A stretch of 64,000 nucleotides of DNA from Nitrospira sp. (GCA_047150005.1 AP038806.1:3968001-4032000), one strand, 5' to 3'; shown: positions 19,367-29,765, counted from the stretch's first letter. The notes: generated by a model not told the origin, from the letters alone. A program made the numbers and translations.

Positions 19367-20581
19367 TCACTTCGGCGCGGTCAGCGCGTCCTGAGCAACG
19401 TGGCCCGACATCGATTTTTCCACGATATTGTGCTGGATTTCCGATGCAATGACGAAGGCCAATTGCTCCGGCGAGAGCGCACCCATGGGGAGATCCTTCG
19501 TCCGGGAATAGAACGGGTCGTCCGGCATGGCCTTCCGATAGGCGTTCACCAAAATCTGAGCGGGCTGAATCCGTCGCTCCTGTTCGCCGACCAGGATTGA
19601 TCGTTCATCGGGCAACACGCGCGTACGCGTGGCCCAATCCCGTCCGTCGATTTTGACAAACGCCACGTTCCAGATTTTTCCGTTCAGCAGGTTTCTCACG
19701 GCGTTCGGCGTCTGCTCGAGAAAAACCGGCTCGCGCACAATGCGTTCCAACGCCTGCCGCACCCGAATATCGTACAGATTCGTTGTCGAATCCGGCTGAG
19801 CCGGAGGAACCAGGACGGGTGAGCCGACATCGTAGTACGGCTGCCCGTCGAGGCTCTTCAGATCATCCAGCGTGCGCAAGTATGTTCCGAACAACTGTTG
19901 CAGCGTCCGGGCACGCGCCTCGGCCGACAGCGCGGCGACATCCTGATCGGCAAGGATCGGCGCGTGCCGCAGATCGCGCTCGGCCGCCCCGGCTTGAGGC
20001 TTGGGTGCGGTATCGGCCTTGCTGACCACCCATTGAAATTCTCGGTCCAGGAGCGGAACGAGTCGTTCCGGTCGATCCACCAGCTCCCGTTCTTTCAGGC
20101 CGGCGGCGCTGACCAGCAACTTGACCTTGCCGCGCTCTTTGGTTCGGGCGACCAGCAAGTGAAATTCCTTGCCATCACGATTGACCACTCTCGGTTCGAC
20201 GATGACGGCCTGCAGCGCCTCCTTCTTCATGGCTTCGTCGAATCGAGGAAAGTCGGCTCGATGCTGCGACATGAACGTGAGTGCGGCGACGACCGTTCGA
20301 AAAGCCTCCTCGATCGCGAGGGCATTCGGCCCGCCGGGGTCAGCGGAATCGGACGGTTTTGCGCGAAAAACTCCGAAAGCGGTTCCCGGCACGGACGCGC
20401 CGGGGCCAACCGTCTCCTGATGGACATCCTCCGGCTCGTCATGACCATGATGATCGGCCGCGGCCGGCATGGCCCGCCAAGCCGCCACACCGACAAGCAA
20501 CACCGGCACGATCAGGCCTGTCCCCCAGTAACAGGGCTCACGAAACTGCGCTCCGCGTCCGGCCCTCTTGCCGTCGTTCAT
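19367..20581 (-). CDS. Exported hypothetical protein with His/acidic N-terminus and possible degenerate zincin motifs
   Basis: GGAGG SD before ATG 20581; hydrophobic signal then DHHGHDE; LSPEQLAFVIASEIQHNI near the C-terminus. Confidence 0.75.
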   Translation of the reverse strand: MNDGKRAGRGAQFREPCYWGTGLIVPVLLVGVAAWRAMPAAADHHGHDEPEDVHQETVGPGASVPGTAFGVFRAKPSDSADPGGPNALAIEEAFRTVVAALTFMSQHRADFPRFDEAMKKEALQAVIVEPRVVNRDGKEFHLLVARTKERGKVKLLVSAAGLKERELVDRPERLVPLLDREFQWVVSKADTAPKPQAGAAERDLRHAPILADQDVAALSAEARARTLQQLFGTYLRTLDDLKSLDGQPYYDVGSPVLVPPAQPDSTTNLYDIRVRQALERIVREPVFLEQTPNAVRNLLNGKIWNVAFVKIDGRDWATRTRVLPDERSILVGEQERRIQPAQILVNAYRKAMPDDPFYSRTKDLPMGALSPEQLAFVIASEIQHNIVEKSMSGHVAQDALTAPK

Positions 20582-20760
20582 ATTGCCTCCCATGCGAGTG
20601 ACGGGCCATCGATCTCCGCCCGCCACTGTATTGTACCCTTTCTCCGGCACGATCTTCTCTTCGGACGCGAGGCTCGTTCACTTGGCAGGATGACGGTGCC
20701 GACGTCGGCCGCAAACGGCGGCTTGCCCACCGCACTGACGACGATCAGGATGGAGATGGG

Positions 20761-21912
20761 TCAGGATCGCGCTTGATCGCGCTCCGGAATGCCAGACGGA
20801 GCGGACCGGTTGGTCGGCGGGAAGGTCGGCGGATGGATCGGCAGCGTAATGATGAAGGTGGTGCCCTGTCCCTCTTGGCTGCCGACCGAAATGTCACCGC
20901 CGTGCGCGTCGACGACATCCTTCACAATCTTGGTGCCAAGTCCGGTTCCTCCCGCCTTCCTGCTGACCGCCCGGCTCGTGAAGAGCGTCTTTCGCACGTC
21001 CTCGGGCATGCCCTTCCCCGTGTCCTCAACCATGAGTACAATCGACTGAGTCCCGGGATCGTGTCGTCCACGGATGGTGATCGATCCCAATGGGGGAACT
21101 TCCGGAACAGCGTTGTGAACCAGATTGTAGAGCAGCGAATACAAGCGATTGCCGTCGCCCACAATGGTCGGCAATGACTCGAGGTCCTCGAGCTGAAGTG
21201 CGATCTGCTTTTGCTGAACCAACACCCGCAGTGTTTTCGCGACACCGTCAGCGATCTTTCCGATTTGGCAGGGTTCGAGGCGCTGCGGCGCACTTGTGAC
21301 CGCCACATAATCCGCAATTTCCTTCATGCGGTCCTGGATCCGCCTGGAGGTGTTGCGCAGAAGTTGGAGCACCTCTTCGCACGTTTGATGGTGGCCGTCT
21401 GAACGGGCGGAGATCTGTTCCGGCAGCGACTTGAACAGATCGTCGATTTCTTCGGCAAGCAAATCGGTGCCTGTGACCATCGGCATCAAGAGATTCTTCA
21501 CATCATGGCTGATCTCTCCGAGCAGCTGCGTCATTTCTCCGGTTTGCTCCCGGCGCTCCAGCGCCATGGCCAGTACCGAGTCGATTTGGCCCGGCTCGAA
21601 CGGCTTGGTGACAAAGTCCACCGCGCCCTCTTTCATGGCTTCCACAGCCCGTTGGATGTTACCGTAGGCGGTCAGCATCACCACCGGGAGCGTCGGCCAT
21701 CGCTTCTTGATCCGCCTCAACGCATCCATGCCGCTCATCTTCGGCATCGTGATATCGAGAAACACGAGGTCCACCGAGCAGGACTCCACCGCCGTCACCG
21801 CCGCTTGCCCGTCCTCCGCGGTAATGACTTCATGTCCCAGCCAGCGAAATCGCTCGGCCAGGCTCAACAGAATATCCGGTTCATCGTCCGCCACAAGGAT
21901 TCGAATAGGCAT
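20761..21912 (-). CDS. Cytoplasmic hybrid REC-histidine kinase
   Basis: ILVADDE...FLDITMP...TKPF receiver; ISHDVKN H-box; NLVHNA, DTGKG, GTGLG. Confidence 0.92.
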   Translation of the reverse strand: MPIRILVADDEPDILLSLAERFRWLGHEVITAEDGQAAVTAVESCSVDLVFLDITMPKMSGMDALRRIKKRWPTLPVVMLTAYGNIQRAVEAMKEGAVDFVTKPFEPGQIDSVLAMALERREQTGEMTQLLGEISHDVKNLLMPMVTGTDLLAEEIDDLFKSLPEQISARSDGHHQTCEEVLQLLRNTSRRIQDRMKEIADYVAVTSAPQRLEPCQIGKIADGVAKTLRVLVQQKQIALQLEDLESLPTIVGDGNRLYSLLYNLVHNAVPEVPPLGSITIRGRHDPGTQSIVLMVEDTGKGMPEDVRKTLFTSRAVSRKAGGTGLGTKIVKDVVDAHGGDISVGSQEGQGTTFIITLPIHPPTFPPTNRSAPSGIPERDQARS

Positions 21913-22197
21913 GGTTTCGCTCCATCCTGCCCCGACGGCTGCGGGGCGGATGTGCGCCGCAGCCGTCGGGACGCCTTTTCCCTTGAGAGAGTGAGCAAAA
22001 CACACGCCACGATCCAGCAAGTTGATATCTCAGGCTATTAGAAGATAATGGAAGGTGGAGCTTGGCGTTGGTGAATCCAATCGGACCTTGGCGGAATCAC
22101 TTCCGATTCAGCCGTACGAACGCCAGCCCTCTCGGTGATCGCCTTTCTCGATGTTGCGCGGGACCATGACTGGCGTGGAGATGGGGCGTGAGGTGGC

Positions 22198-22854
22198 CTA
22201 TCGACGGGAAGAGGAGTCTTTGCCGAACAGAGTCGTCTTGAAGGGCCGAAGTTGCATCGGTTCGACATCGAGCAGGTCATACCGCCGTTTAATCGCTGCC
22301 TTATACTGGTCAAATGTTCCGGGATCGTCCGGATAGTCACGCCAAATGGAGGGCTCGCCATCGCACGCCAATCCAAAATGTCCGATGTAGACGAGTTCGC
22401 CCTCCTTCACCTCAAACGTCCCGCCGAGCGGCGCTCCGTCCTTGATGAGCGCAGCAGGACCGGCGGTTCCGATTTTTACGTCGAACGTCGAAGCGGCGAC
22501 TTCGATCGCATAGTGTGTCAGAGCATAGGCACCCGGCTCGATCGCCAGCAGATAGTTGACCGGCTCCGATTCTTTAAAGTAGGGAGAGCCTTCGATGAGG
22601 ATCTCTGGAACATCCCCTTCCACCACATTCTGCAGTGGGAGCCGGTCAAATCCGAATCCCCGTAACTGAGCATAGCGAAACGTTCCACACTTCAAGGCCC
22701 GCCCCCAGTTCACCGAGAGCACCACCGCTCCCTTGCGCGGATCCTGGGGATACGATCCCACCGGGACGGCTTGTTTCGGTATTGGAAGCAGTGCCGGAGA
22801 TGTGCAGGCCGTCAAAAGCGCAACGACGACAAGGGCGACGGCGCGTCGAATCAT
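22198..22854 (-). CDS. Hypothetical lipoprotein
   Basis: GGAGGAG SD; lipobox LLTAC; beta-rich EPGAYAL...TFEVKEGELVYIG. Confidence 0.78.
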   Translation of the reverse strand: MIRRAVALVVVALLTACTSPALLPIPKQAVPVGSYPQDPRKGAVVLSVNWGRALKCGTFRYAQLRGFGFDRLPLQNVVEGDVPEILIEGSPYFKESEPVNYLLAIEPGAYALTHYAIEVAASTFDVKIGTAGPAALIKDGAPLGGTFEVKEGELVYIGHFGLACDGEPSIWRDYPDDPGTFDQYKAAIKRRYDLLDVEPMQLRPFKTTLFGKDSSSRR

Positions 22855-22997
22855 ACGCTCCTCCCTGAATAACCGTTGGAGAGACTACGTGCGGCGGACG
22901 ATCGCAACGTACTGGGGGAAGAATGTGGCGTCAAGAGGATGGAAATCAGGCCTCTCACGAAACGAGCCTCTGGATGTACGCCATGAAGCCTCGTCCA

Positions 22998-23038
22998 GTT
23001 AGGGAGAATTTCCAGATGGTCAGGAAATTCTCCCTAAC
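22998..23038. repeat. Perfect 16-bp inverted repeat in divergent promoter region
   Basis: GTTAGGGAGAATTTCC-agatggtca-GGAAATTCTCCCTAAC. Confidence 0.85.
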
Positions 23039-23134
23039 AACCCATGCAAACAGATATTATTCATTACATGAGTTATTACGATTAAGTGTATGACATATTT
23101 AAATTTTACAACTTTCTATTAGCGCACATTCCAA

Positions 23135-23150
23135 CGGCATGGTCCCTGCG
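23135..23150 (+). promoter_or_regulatory. Candidate sigma54 -24/-12 promoter
   Basis: CGGCATGGTCCCTGCG has GG-N10-GC spacing and follows an AT-rich tract. Confidence 0.4.
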
Positions 23151-23163
23151 TGTAGCCCGGTAC

Positions 23164-23604
23164 ATGCCGCTCTACCCATCGCTCTTATTGATCGACGACA
23201 GCTCTGGCGAGCGCGAACTGTTCCGTGAAGCCTTGGCCCGTACCGGGCTCGCGGTCGCCCTCTTTGCCGAGCAGGACGCAGAGGCAGCCCTTCGATTCCT
23301 CACGCACCGCGCAAGCCTGGGACTCCCCCCTTCCGTCATTCTGCTGGATTGGCATCTTCGTTGTTGGAGCGGGGATGAGTTCCTGCGCCACCTCCGGGCG
23401 CACCCCGGCGTCACCACAATCCCGGTCGTCGTATTCAGCACCTCGGACGCCGCCGCCGACGTATCCGCCGCTTATACCAACGGCGCGAACGGTTACGTGG
23501 TCAAACCCGACACGTTTGATGAACTGGTCCGATGCATCCGGACGATTTGCCAGTTCTGGGTCGATTGCAATGTGTCACCGCACCTGATTGAAAGCCGATG
23601 TTGA
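23164..23604 (+). CDS. Single-domain response regulator (Rcp1/CheY-like)
   Basis: LLLIDD, VILLDWHL, IPVVVFSTS, AYTNGANGYVVKP, FW; overlaps the RND start. Confidence 0.9.
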   Translation: MPLYPSLLLIDDSSGERELFREALARTGLAVALFAEQDAEAALRFLTHRASLGLPPSVILLDWHLRCWSGDEFLRHLRAHPGVTTIPVVVFSTSDAAADVSAAYTNGANGYVVKPDTFDELVRCIRTICQFWVDCNVSPHLIESRC

Positions 23605-26600
23605 CCCGCGCCGCGCTGAAGAACCCCTACGCGGTCTTCGCCGTCTGCATGATTGCGCTCGTGCTCGGCGCGGTATCCTACAAGAAGATGCGCGTGGATA
23701 TTTTCCCGGAGATCAAAATTCCGACGATTCTCGTGACGACCTTCTATCGGGGCATGAGCCCCAGCGAAATGGAAGGCGCCATCACGCTCCGCATGGAGCA
23801 GCGGTTCGTCGAAGCCAGTTACGTCGAACATATCGAGTCCCAATCGCTGGCCGGCATGAGCTACATCAAGGTGTTCTTCCAGCCGGAGTACGGCATCGAT
23901 GCGGCGCAATCGGAGCTGACGAGTCTCGCCTACAGCATCATCAGATTGCTGCCGCCCGGGGTCTATCCGCCGTCCGTGTACAAGTTCGGCGTCGCGAGCC
24001 TGCCGATCGGACTCTTGTCCATCAGCAGCGAGAATCTCGGGCCCAAGGAAATCCGCGATCTGGCCTATTTCACGGTGCGGAATCAGATCGCCAGCATCCC
24101 GGGTATCTCGTTCGGGCCGCCGCTCGGCGGCAAGGTCCGTCAGATCACGGTATTCATGGACCAGCAGCGCATGCTCGCGAGGGGGATCTCGCCGTCCGAC
24201 GTTGTGAAGGCCATCAATGCCCAAAGCGCCATCATACCGGCCGGCGACATCAAGATCGGCGACCTGGACTATTACGTGTACAGCAACAGTCTCGTCGGCG
24301 TGGTGGAGAAGATCAACGACATTCCGATCAAGGTGGTGAACGGCACACCGATCCTCGTCCGGGACATCGGGACGGCCGCCGATAGCGCCGCGATTCAGAC
24401 CTCTGTCGTGCGGGTGAACGGTCATGAGGCGACCTATCTGCCGATCACCAGACAGGAAGGCGCCAATACGCTGGAAGTGACAGATGGAGTCCGGGCCAAA
24501 CTTCACAAGCTCACCGAGATCCCGGCCGGCGCGACCGTGAAATTCATCTACGACCAGTCGCTCTACATCAGGCAAGCCATCGCGAACTTGCAAAAAGAAG
24601 GGTTGCTCGGCGCCGGACTCGCAGGTTTGATGATCTTTCTGTTCCTGCGAAGCGTCAAGGCCGCTCTCGTGGTCGGCCTGGCCATTCCGCTCTCGTTGAC
24701 CGCCGCGTTGGTCGCGCTGTACCTGACCGGCCAATCTGTGAATATCATGACCCTGGGCGGATTGGCCCTGGTGATCGGAACGCTTCTGGACAACAACATC
24801 GTCGTCCAGGAGAACCTTCACCGTCACATGGAAATGGGCAAAGACGGCCGTTCCGCCGCCGAGGACAGCGCCACAGAGCTCACTCTGCCGATTTTCGTCG
24901 CCACGGTCTGCATTCTGATCGTGTATCTGCCGATCATCTTTTTCACGGGCATCATCAAGTACCTCTTTGTGCCGCTTGCGATGACCGTCGCCTTCGCCAT
25001 GCTGGCGGACTATGCGGTGTCCATGTCGGTCACTCCGGTGGTGCTGGCCAGACTCTATGCCCGGGGCCATGAGCACGGTTCGGAGGAAGGCTCGGCCGCC
25101 GAGGGATGGTTTCGTTACGTCCTGGCCGTCTACGTCCCACTGCTCGGTGCCGGGCTCCGCTACAAGGCCGTCCTCTTGGGAGGGGCGCTCGCGGCGCTGC
25201 TTGCCACCGTCCTCTTTCTGGTTCCGCGGCTTCCGACGGAATTCTTTCCCAAAGTGGACGCCGGCAACTTCACGATGATCGTGGTCGCACCGGAAGGTTC
25301 GCGGATCGAGAAGACGACCGCGATCGTGGCGGATATCGAACGATTGGTCCAGGAAACCGTCCCTCAGCACGATCTGGAAGAAGTTATTTCGAATACCGGC
25401 CTCTACTTCGGAGATGCAGCCCGTTTCGCACCCAATACGGGCAGCCACACCGCGTTCGTCCTGGTCAATCTCGTCAGCGGCCATGAGGGAGCAACCGATG
25501 AGTACATTACGACCTTGAGAGCCAAGCTCAGGCAGTCGCTTCCCGGAGTGGAGATCAGTTTTCAGACGGGAGGCATTATCAGCGATGTGCTCAACTTCGG
25601 CCTGCGAGCGCCGATCGACATTCAAGTCAAGGGACCGAAACTGGACGTGATTCGCCCGGTCGCGGAAGAGATCCGTGAACGGGTTGCGGAAATCGCCAAC
25701 ACGACCGACGTTCGCATCAAGCAGGGAAAGAGTTATCCGGAGCTGCACGTCAACGTGGACCGCACCAAATCCGCCTACTACGGCCTCACCCAAGATCGCG
25801 TGATCGTCGATGTGATCACCGGTATCAGTTCCAATCTGGCATTGAGTCCAAACTACTGGCTCGACCCCAAGACGGCGAATGGTTATTACCTGTTGGCGCA
25901 ATATCCCGAACAGTCGCTGACCGAAACGGAGGACCTCCTGAACATTCCGATCATCGGCGCCCGCACGCCGTTGAACCCGACATCGGCCTTGATGACGGCC
26001 GGCTCCAGCGGCTCGACCATCGCTCTGCAGAATACCCCTTTTGCGGGACGCAATCTCGATCTGTCGGCCGGATTCTATTCGGCGGATGAACGGCGTGGTC
26101 CTCCGGTGCTTCTGCGCGACGTCGCGGGGCTTGAGTTACGAACCGGTCCCGACAGCGTCGATCACTACGACCTGTCACGCCTGATCGATGTCCTGGTGAC
26201 CCCCGTCGGCAACGACCTGGGGCGCGTGGCCGCGGACATCGAACGTGCACTCGCCGCTGTCAAATTGCCGAAGGACGTGACGATCGATATCAAAGGGGAA
26301 GTGGCCAACATGCGCGGGGCGTTCAGCAACTTCGCGCTGGCCCTGCCGCTGGCCGTCCTGCTGATCTATCTGGTGATGGTCGGCCTCTTCCGCTCGATGA
26401 TCGATCCGTTGATCATCTTGGTCGCGGTGCCCTTGGGTTGGATCGGCACCGTGATGGTGTTGTTCGCGACGAATACTTCCGCGAATGTGGAGTCAATGAT
26501 CGGAACGCTGATGATGATGGGTATCGTGGTGTCGAACAGCATCCTGCTCGTCGATTTCGCCAACCAAATGGTGCGAGCCGGCGCGACCGCGGAGCAGGCG

Positions 26601-26861
26601 GTCATGGAAGCGGGCAGGCGACGGATTCGCCCCATTCTGATGACGGCGCTGGCCACGATTCTCGGTCTGTTGCCGCTGGCCCTGGGATTCGGCGAAGGCA
26701 ATGAAACGATGGTGCCGCTGGCCCGTGCGGTCGTCGGCGGCCTGGCCGTCTCCACCGTCATGACCCTTTTGGTCGTCCCCGTGATGCACGCCGTGGTGCT
26801 CGGACGGCACGTACATCCGACCGTGTCGTCGACGCCGGCCGCGTCGCGTGAGGAAATCTGA
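23598..26861 (+). CDS. RND efflux transporter permease (AcrB/CzcA superfamily)
   Basis: 1087 aa; VDIFPEI, NIMTLGGLALVIG, RIRPILMTALATILGLLPLA, PLARAVVGGL. Confidence 0.96.
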   Translation: MLTRAALKNPYAVFAVCMIALVLGAVSYKKMRVDIFPEIKIPTILVTTFYRGMSPSEMEGAITLRMEQRFVEASYVEHIESQSLAGMSYIKVFFQPEYGIDAAQSELTSLAYSIIRLLPPGVYPPSVYKFGVASLPIGLLSISSENLGPKEIRDLAYFTVRNQIASIPGISFGPPLGGKVRQITVFMDQQRMLARGISPSDVVKAINAQSAIIPAGDIKIGDLDYYVYSNSLVGVVEKINDIPIKVVNGTPILVRDIGTAADSAAIQTSVVRVNGHEATYLPITRQEGANTLEVTDGVRAKLHKLTEIPAGATVKFIYDQSLYIRQAIANLQKEGLLGAGLAGLMIFLFLRSVKAALVVGLAIPLSLTAALVALYLTGQSVNIMTLGGLALVIGTLLDNNIVVQENLHRHMEMGKDGRSAAEDSATELTLPIFVATVCILIVYLPIIFFTGIIKYLFVPLAMTVAFAMLADYAVSMSVTPVVLARLYARGHEHGSEEGSAAEGWFRYVLAVYVPLLGAGLRYKAVLLGGALAALLATVLFLVPRLPTEFFPKVDAGNFTMIVVAPEGSRIEKTTAIVADIERLVQETVPQHDLEEVISNTGLYFGDAARFAPNTGSHTAFVLVNLVSGHEGATDEYITTLRAKLRQSLPGVEISFQTGGIISDVLNFGLRAPIDIQVKGPKLDVIRPVAEEIRERVAEIANTTDVRIKQGKSYPELHVNVDRTKSAYYGLTQDRVIVDVITGISSNLALSPNYWLDPKTANGYYLLAQYPEQSLTETEDLLNIPIIGARTPLNPTSALMTAGSSGSTIALQNTPFAGRNLDLSAGFYSADERRGPPVLLRDVAGLELRTGPDSVDHYDLSRLIDVLVTPVGNDLGRVAADIERALAAVKLPKDVTIDIKGEVANMRGAFSNFALALPLAVLLIYLVMVGLFRSMIDPLIILVAVPLGWIGTVMVLFATNTSANVESMIGTLMMMGIVVSNSILLVDFANQMVRAGATAEQAVMEAGRRRIRPILMTALATILGLLPLALGFGEGNETMVPLARAVVGGLAVSTVMTLLVVPVMHAVVLGRHVHPTVSSTPAASREEI

Positions 26862-26865
26862 CGCT

Positions 26866-28077
26866 ATGACGCTTCGCTCATTCACGAGACTGCTTCTCCT
26901 CTCCATAATCGTCACCGCCTGCGGACGCGACGAGACTGCTCAGAAACCCGCGCCGGCCTCCGGCAACTCCTACGAGGCCGAGGTCCCGAATGCCGACCAA
27001 ACCGTGCCTGTGGACGTGCAGGTCACGAAACCGTCCAAACAACTCCTGGTCTACTCGATCACGCTGCCGGCAAACATCGCTCCGCTGTATCAAACGACGC
27101 TGTACGCGAAGGTCTCCGGCTACCTGAAGTGGATCGGACCGGACAAGGGCGACGCGGTCAAGAAGGATCAGGTGGTCGCCATCATCGACGCACCGGAAGT
27201 CGAAGAGCAGTACCACCAGGCGGCGGCGGACTACAAGATTAAGAAAATCACGTTCGACCGGCTCATGAAGGTCTGGAAGGAGGCGCCGGACGTCATCGCC
27301 AAGCAGGACGTCGACGTGGCCGAGGCGGCATACGAAGGCGCGAAGAATCTCATGCAGCAGCGGGCGGTGCTCCGCGACTACACCAAGGTTCGTGCGCCGT
27401 ACGACGGCACGATCACCGCCCGATTCGCCGATCCCGGGGCACTGATTCAGGTGGCCACGGCGTCGGCTACGACCGCCATTCCACTCTTTACGATCATGGA
27501 TTTGGATACCGTCCGCGTCTATGCCAATGTCCCTCAGGACGATTCGCCGTGGGTGGTGCCCGGAAAGACCAAGGCCACGGTCACAGTCGCGGAACTACCC
27601 GACCGCTCATTTGCCGGCACCGTGACCCGCTCCACCCTGGCCCTTGATCCTTCGACCCGCAGCCTGCTGATCGAAGTGGACTTGCCCAACGGCGACCACG
27701 CACTCAAGCCGGGAACGTATGCGGAATTGACCGTTGACCTCAGGGAAATCCCGGATGCGTTGGTGCTGCCTCCCTTGGCCGTGACCAGCAGTCCGGGAGG
27801 CCACTCGGTCTTTATCGTTGAACAGGGAAAGGCAAAATCGGTAGCCGTACGTACCGGCATCACCAGCGGAAGATTCATCGAGATCATTCAAGGTTTGACC
27901 GCCGACGACGATGTCGTCGTTGTCGGCAAACGCAGACTGCTGGAAGGCTCGCCGGTACACGCAAGCCCATACCACTTGCCGGAGGCCATCTTTTCCAAGC
28001 AGCGGTTTGAGCGCAGGTCGGCCGGCGTCCCGCCGGCCGCACCGGCTACCGTCGACCAGGGGACACGTCGTCCGTAA
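26866..28077 (+). CDS. RND membrane fusion protein (periplasmic adaptor), lipoprotein
   Basis: Lipobox IVTAC; YAKVSGYL...GDAVKKDQ, VRAPYDGTIT, DPSTRSL, LKPG.YA. Confidence 0.94.
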   Translation: MTLRSFTRLLLLSIIVTACGRDETAQKPAPASGNSYEAEVPNADQTVPVDVQVTKPSKQLLVYSITLPANIAPLYQTTLYAKVSGYLKWIGPDKGDAVKKDQVVAIIDAPEVEEQYHQAAADYKIKKITFDRLMKVWKEAPDVIAKQDVDVAEAAYEGAKNLMQQRAVLRDYTKVRAPYDGTITARFADPGALIQVATASATTAIPLFTIMDLDTVRVYANVPQDDSPWVVPGKTKATVTVAELPDRSFAGTVTRSTLALDPSTRSLLIEVDLPNGDHALKPGTYAELTVDLREIPDALVLPPLAVTSSPGGHSVFIVEQGKAKSVAVRTGITSGRFIEIIQGLTADDDVVVVGKRRLLEGSPVHASPYHLPEAIFSKQRFERRSAGVPPAAPATVDQGTRRP

Positions 28078-28098
28078 ATCGATCGTCAAGGAGGTACC

Positions 28099-29460
28099 AT
28101 GTATACAGCATCCGTCAGAAAGACTGGGCCGTTGATCGTGCTGCTCCTGTTGGGTATGTCCGCAGCCGCGTGGGGGCAATCGTCGACCGAACCGCCGGAG
28201 CGAGGCAGTTTCCTCGCCCTCCAGCAGGCAATCGAACTGGCTTTAAAACACCACCCGATTGTGCAGGAGGCCAATGCCAATTTGAAAGCCTCCGAGGCCA
28301 GAACACAACAGACACGCTCGATGTATTTTCCCCAGATCTTTGCCAACGCGGATACGGTGGCGGGAGCCGGCAGGACGAATCCCCGCTTCCTGGTCGGAGG
28401 CGCGCTGTTACAGGAGAATCAAGCCATTTTTACGGGCGGTGTGATCGCCAATCAGCGTCTCTACGATTTTGGATTTACCAGCAACTTAGTTGACTCGGCG
28501 AAGCTGGCGGAGCGCGCCCAAGGCCAAGACGTCAACGCCAGACGGGCGCTGATCATCGTACAAGTGCAGCGAGCCTATCTCATCAGTCTGAAGCGACAGC
28601 GGTTGGTCCGCATCGCCGAGGAACGGGTCAGAGAACGAGGCATCATCACGGGTCAGATCGAAACGCTGCACCGACAACAGCTGAAATCCAAGTTGGATCT
28701 CGATCTGATGCGAGTCGAGCTCGTCAATGCGGAATCCTTGCTGGTCCGTAGTCGCAACGACCTGAAGTCCAGCTTCGCCGACTTGAACCGTGCGATGGGA
28801 GTCTCAGGCGGCGAGGACTATGTTCTTGAGGATCTTGCCGTGACGGTCACCCCGCCGAGGCCGCTCGAATCCTTGGTCAGCGACAGTTTGTCTCATCCGG
28901 AGCTTCAGCGGCTCAAAGAGCAGACGGCGTCGGCCGAGGCGAAATTGGTCGCGACGAAACGCCAATACCTGCCCACCATCAATGCCATCGGCAGCGGAGG
29001 TGCCTTCGAACCCTTTGATCCGCGACAGAATCAGCAGACCGGCGGCTGGTGGATGGCAGGAGCGCTGATCTCCATGCCGCTCTTTACCGGATTCCTGATC
29101 GAAAACCAGGTGGTGGAAGCCACCGCCCAGAAGGAGGCCGCCGCAGCCGCCAGCATCAACGTTGAACAGGCGCTGACACAACAGGTCACGAATTCCTACT
29201 TGGACACCATGACCTTTTCCCAACAGATCAAGCTGGGTGAGGAACAGGTCAAGACGGCACAGGAGGCCCAGCAGCTGTCCAAACAACGGTACAAGCTGGG
29301 ATTGGGGTCGATCGTGGAGGTGACGCAATCGGAAGTGGCGCTCGCAGCCGCGCAAACACGCTTGGCGGAAGCCCAATATGACTATAAAATCGCCGAGGTG
29401 ACCTTGGCCTATGCCTCAGGCGGCAGCGCGCAGTTGCAGATCGATCCGACCATCCGCTGA
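28099..29460 (+). CDS. TolC-family outer membrane efflux protein
   Basis: LQQAIELALKHHP, YFPQI / YLPTI, RYKLGLGSIVEV; follows the MFP gene. Confidence 0.94.
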   Translation: MYTASVRKTGPLIVLLLLGMSAAAWGQSSTEPPERGSFLALQQAIELALKHHPIVQEANANLKASEARTQQTRSMYFPQIFANADTVAGAGRTNPRFLVGGALLQENQAIFTGGVIANQRLYDFGFTSNLVDSAKLAERAQGQDVNARRALIIVQVQRAYLISLKRQRLVRIAEERVRERGIITGQIETLHRQQLKSKLDLDLMRVELVNAESLLVRSRNDLKSSFADLNRAMGVSGGEDYVLEDLAVTVTPPRPLESLVSDSLSHPELQRLKEQTASAEAKLVATKRQYLPTINAIGSGGAFEPFDPRQNQQTGGWWMAGALISMPLFTGFLIENQVVEATAQKEAAAAASINVEQALTQQVTNSYLDTMTFSQQIKLGEEQVKTAQEAQQLSKQRYKLGLGSIVEVTQSEVALAAAQTRLAEAQYDYKIAEVTLAYASGGSAQLQIDPTIR

Positions 29461-29482
29461 CTCTGATAAAGGGACCGCGCCC

Positions 29483-29515
29483 AAAAAAAGGCCTGCCGTG
29501 TACACGGCAGGCCTT
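29483..29515 (-). terminator. Intrinsic terminator of the cold-shock gene
   Basis: Perfect palindrome AAGGCCTGCCGTGTACACGGCAGGCCTT with a T7 tract at its 3' end on the minus strand. Confidence 0.85.
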
Positions 29516-29549
29516 CGTCACACATGATCCTCTCAGAAGAGACGCTGCG

Positions 29550-29765
29550 TTACGACGCCGCAATCATCTTCGCGACATTGGCAGCCTGTGGTCCCTTGGC
29601 GCCTTGCACGATATCAAATTCGACGTTTTCTCCTTCTTTCAGGGTCTTGAATCCTTCCCCTTGGAGAGCGGAGTAATGGACGAATACATCCTCTCCGCTA
29701 TCAAGCCGGATAAATCCAAAGCCTTTTCGATCGTTAAACCACTTCACCGTACCTTTTGTCTTCAC
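29550..29765 (-). CDS. Cold-shock protein (CspA family)
   Basis: [48 protein letters not shown] before GTG. Confidence 0.97.
   Translation of the reverse strand: MKTKGTVKWFNDRKGFGFIRLDSGEDVFVHYSALQGEGFKTLKEGENVEFDIVQGAKGPQAANVAKMIAAS

Noticed and set aside
23493..25901. 802-aa minus-strand ORF
   Set aside because: Antisense shadow of the RND permease; such long open frames are common opposite high-GC genes and this one has no motifs
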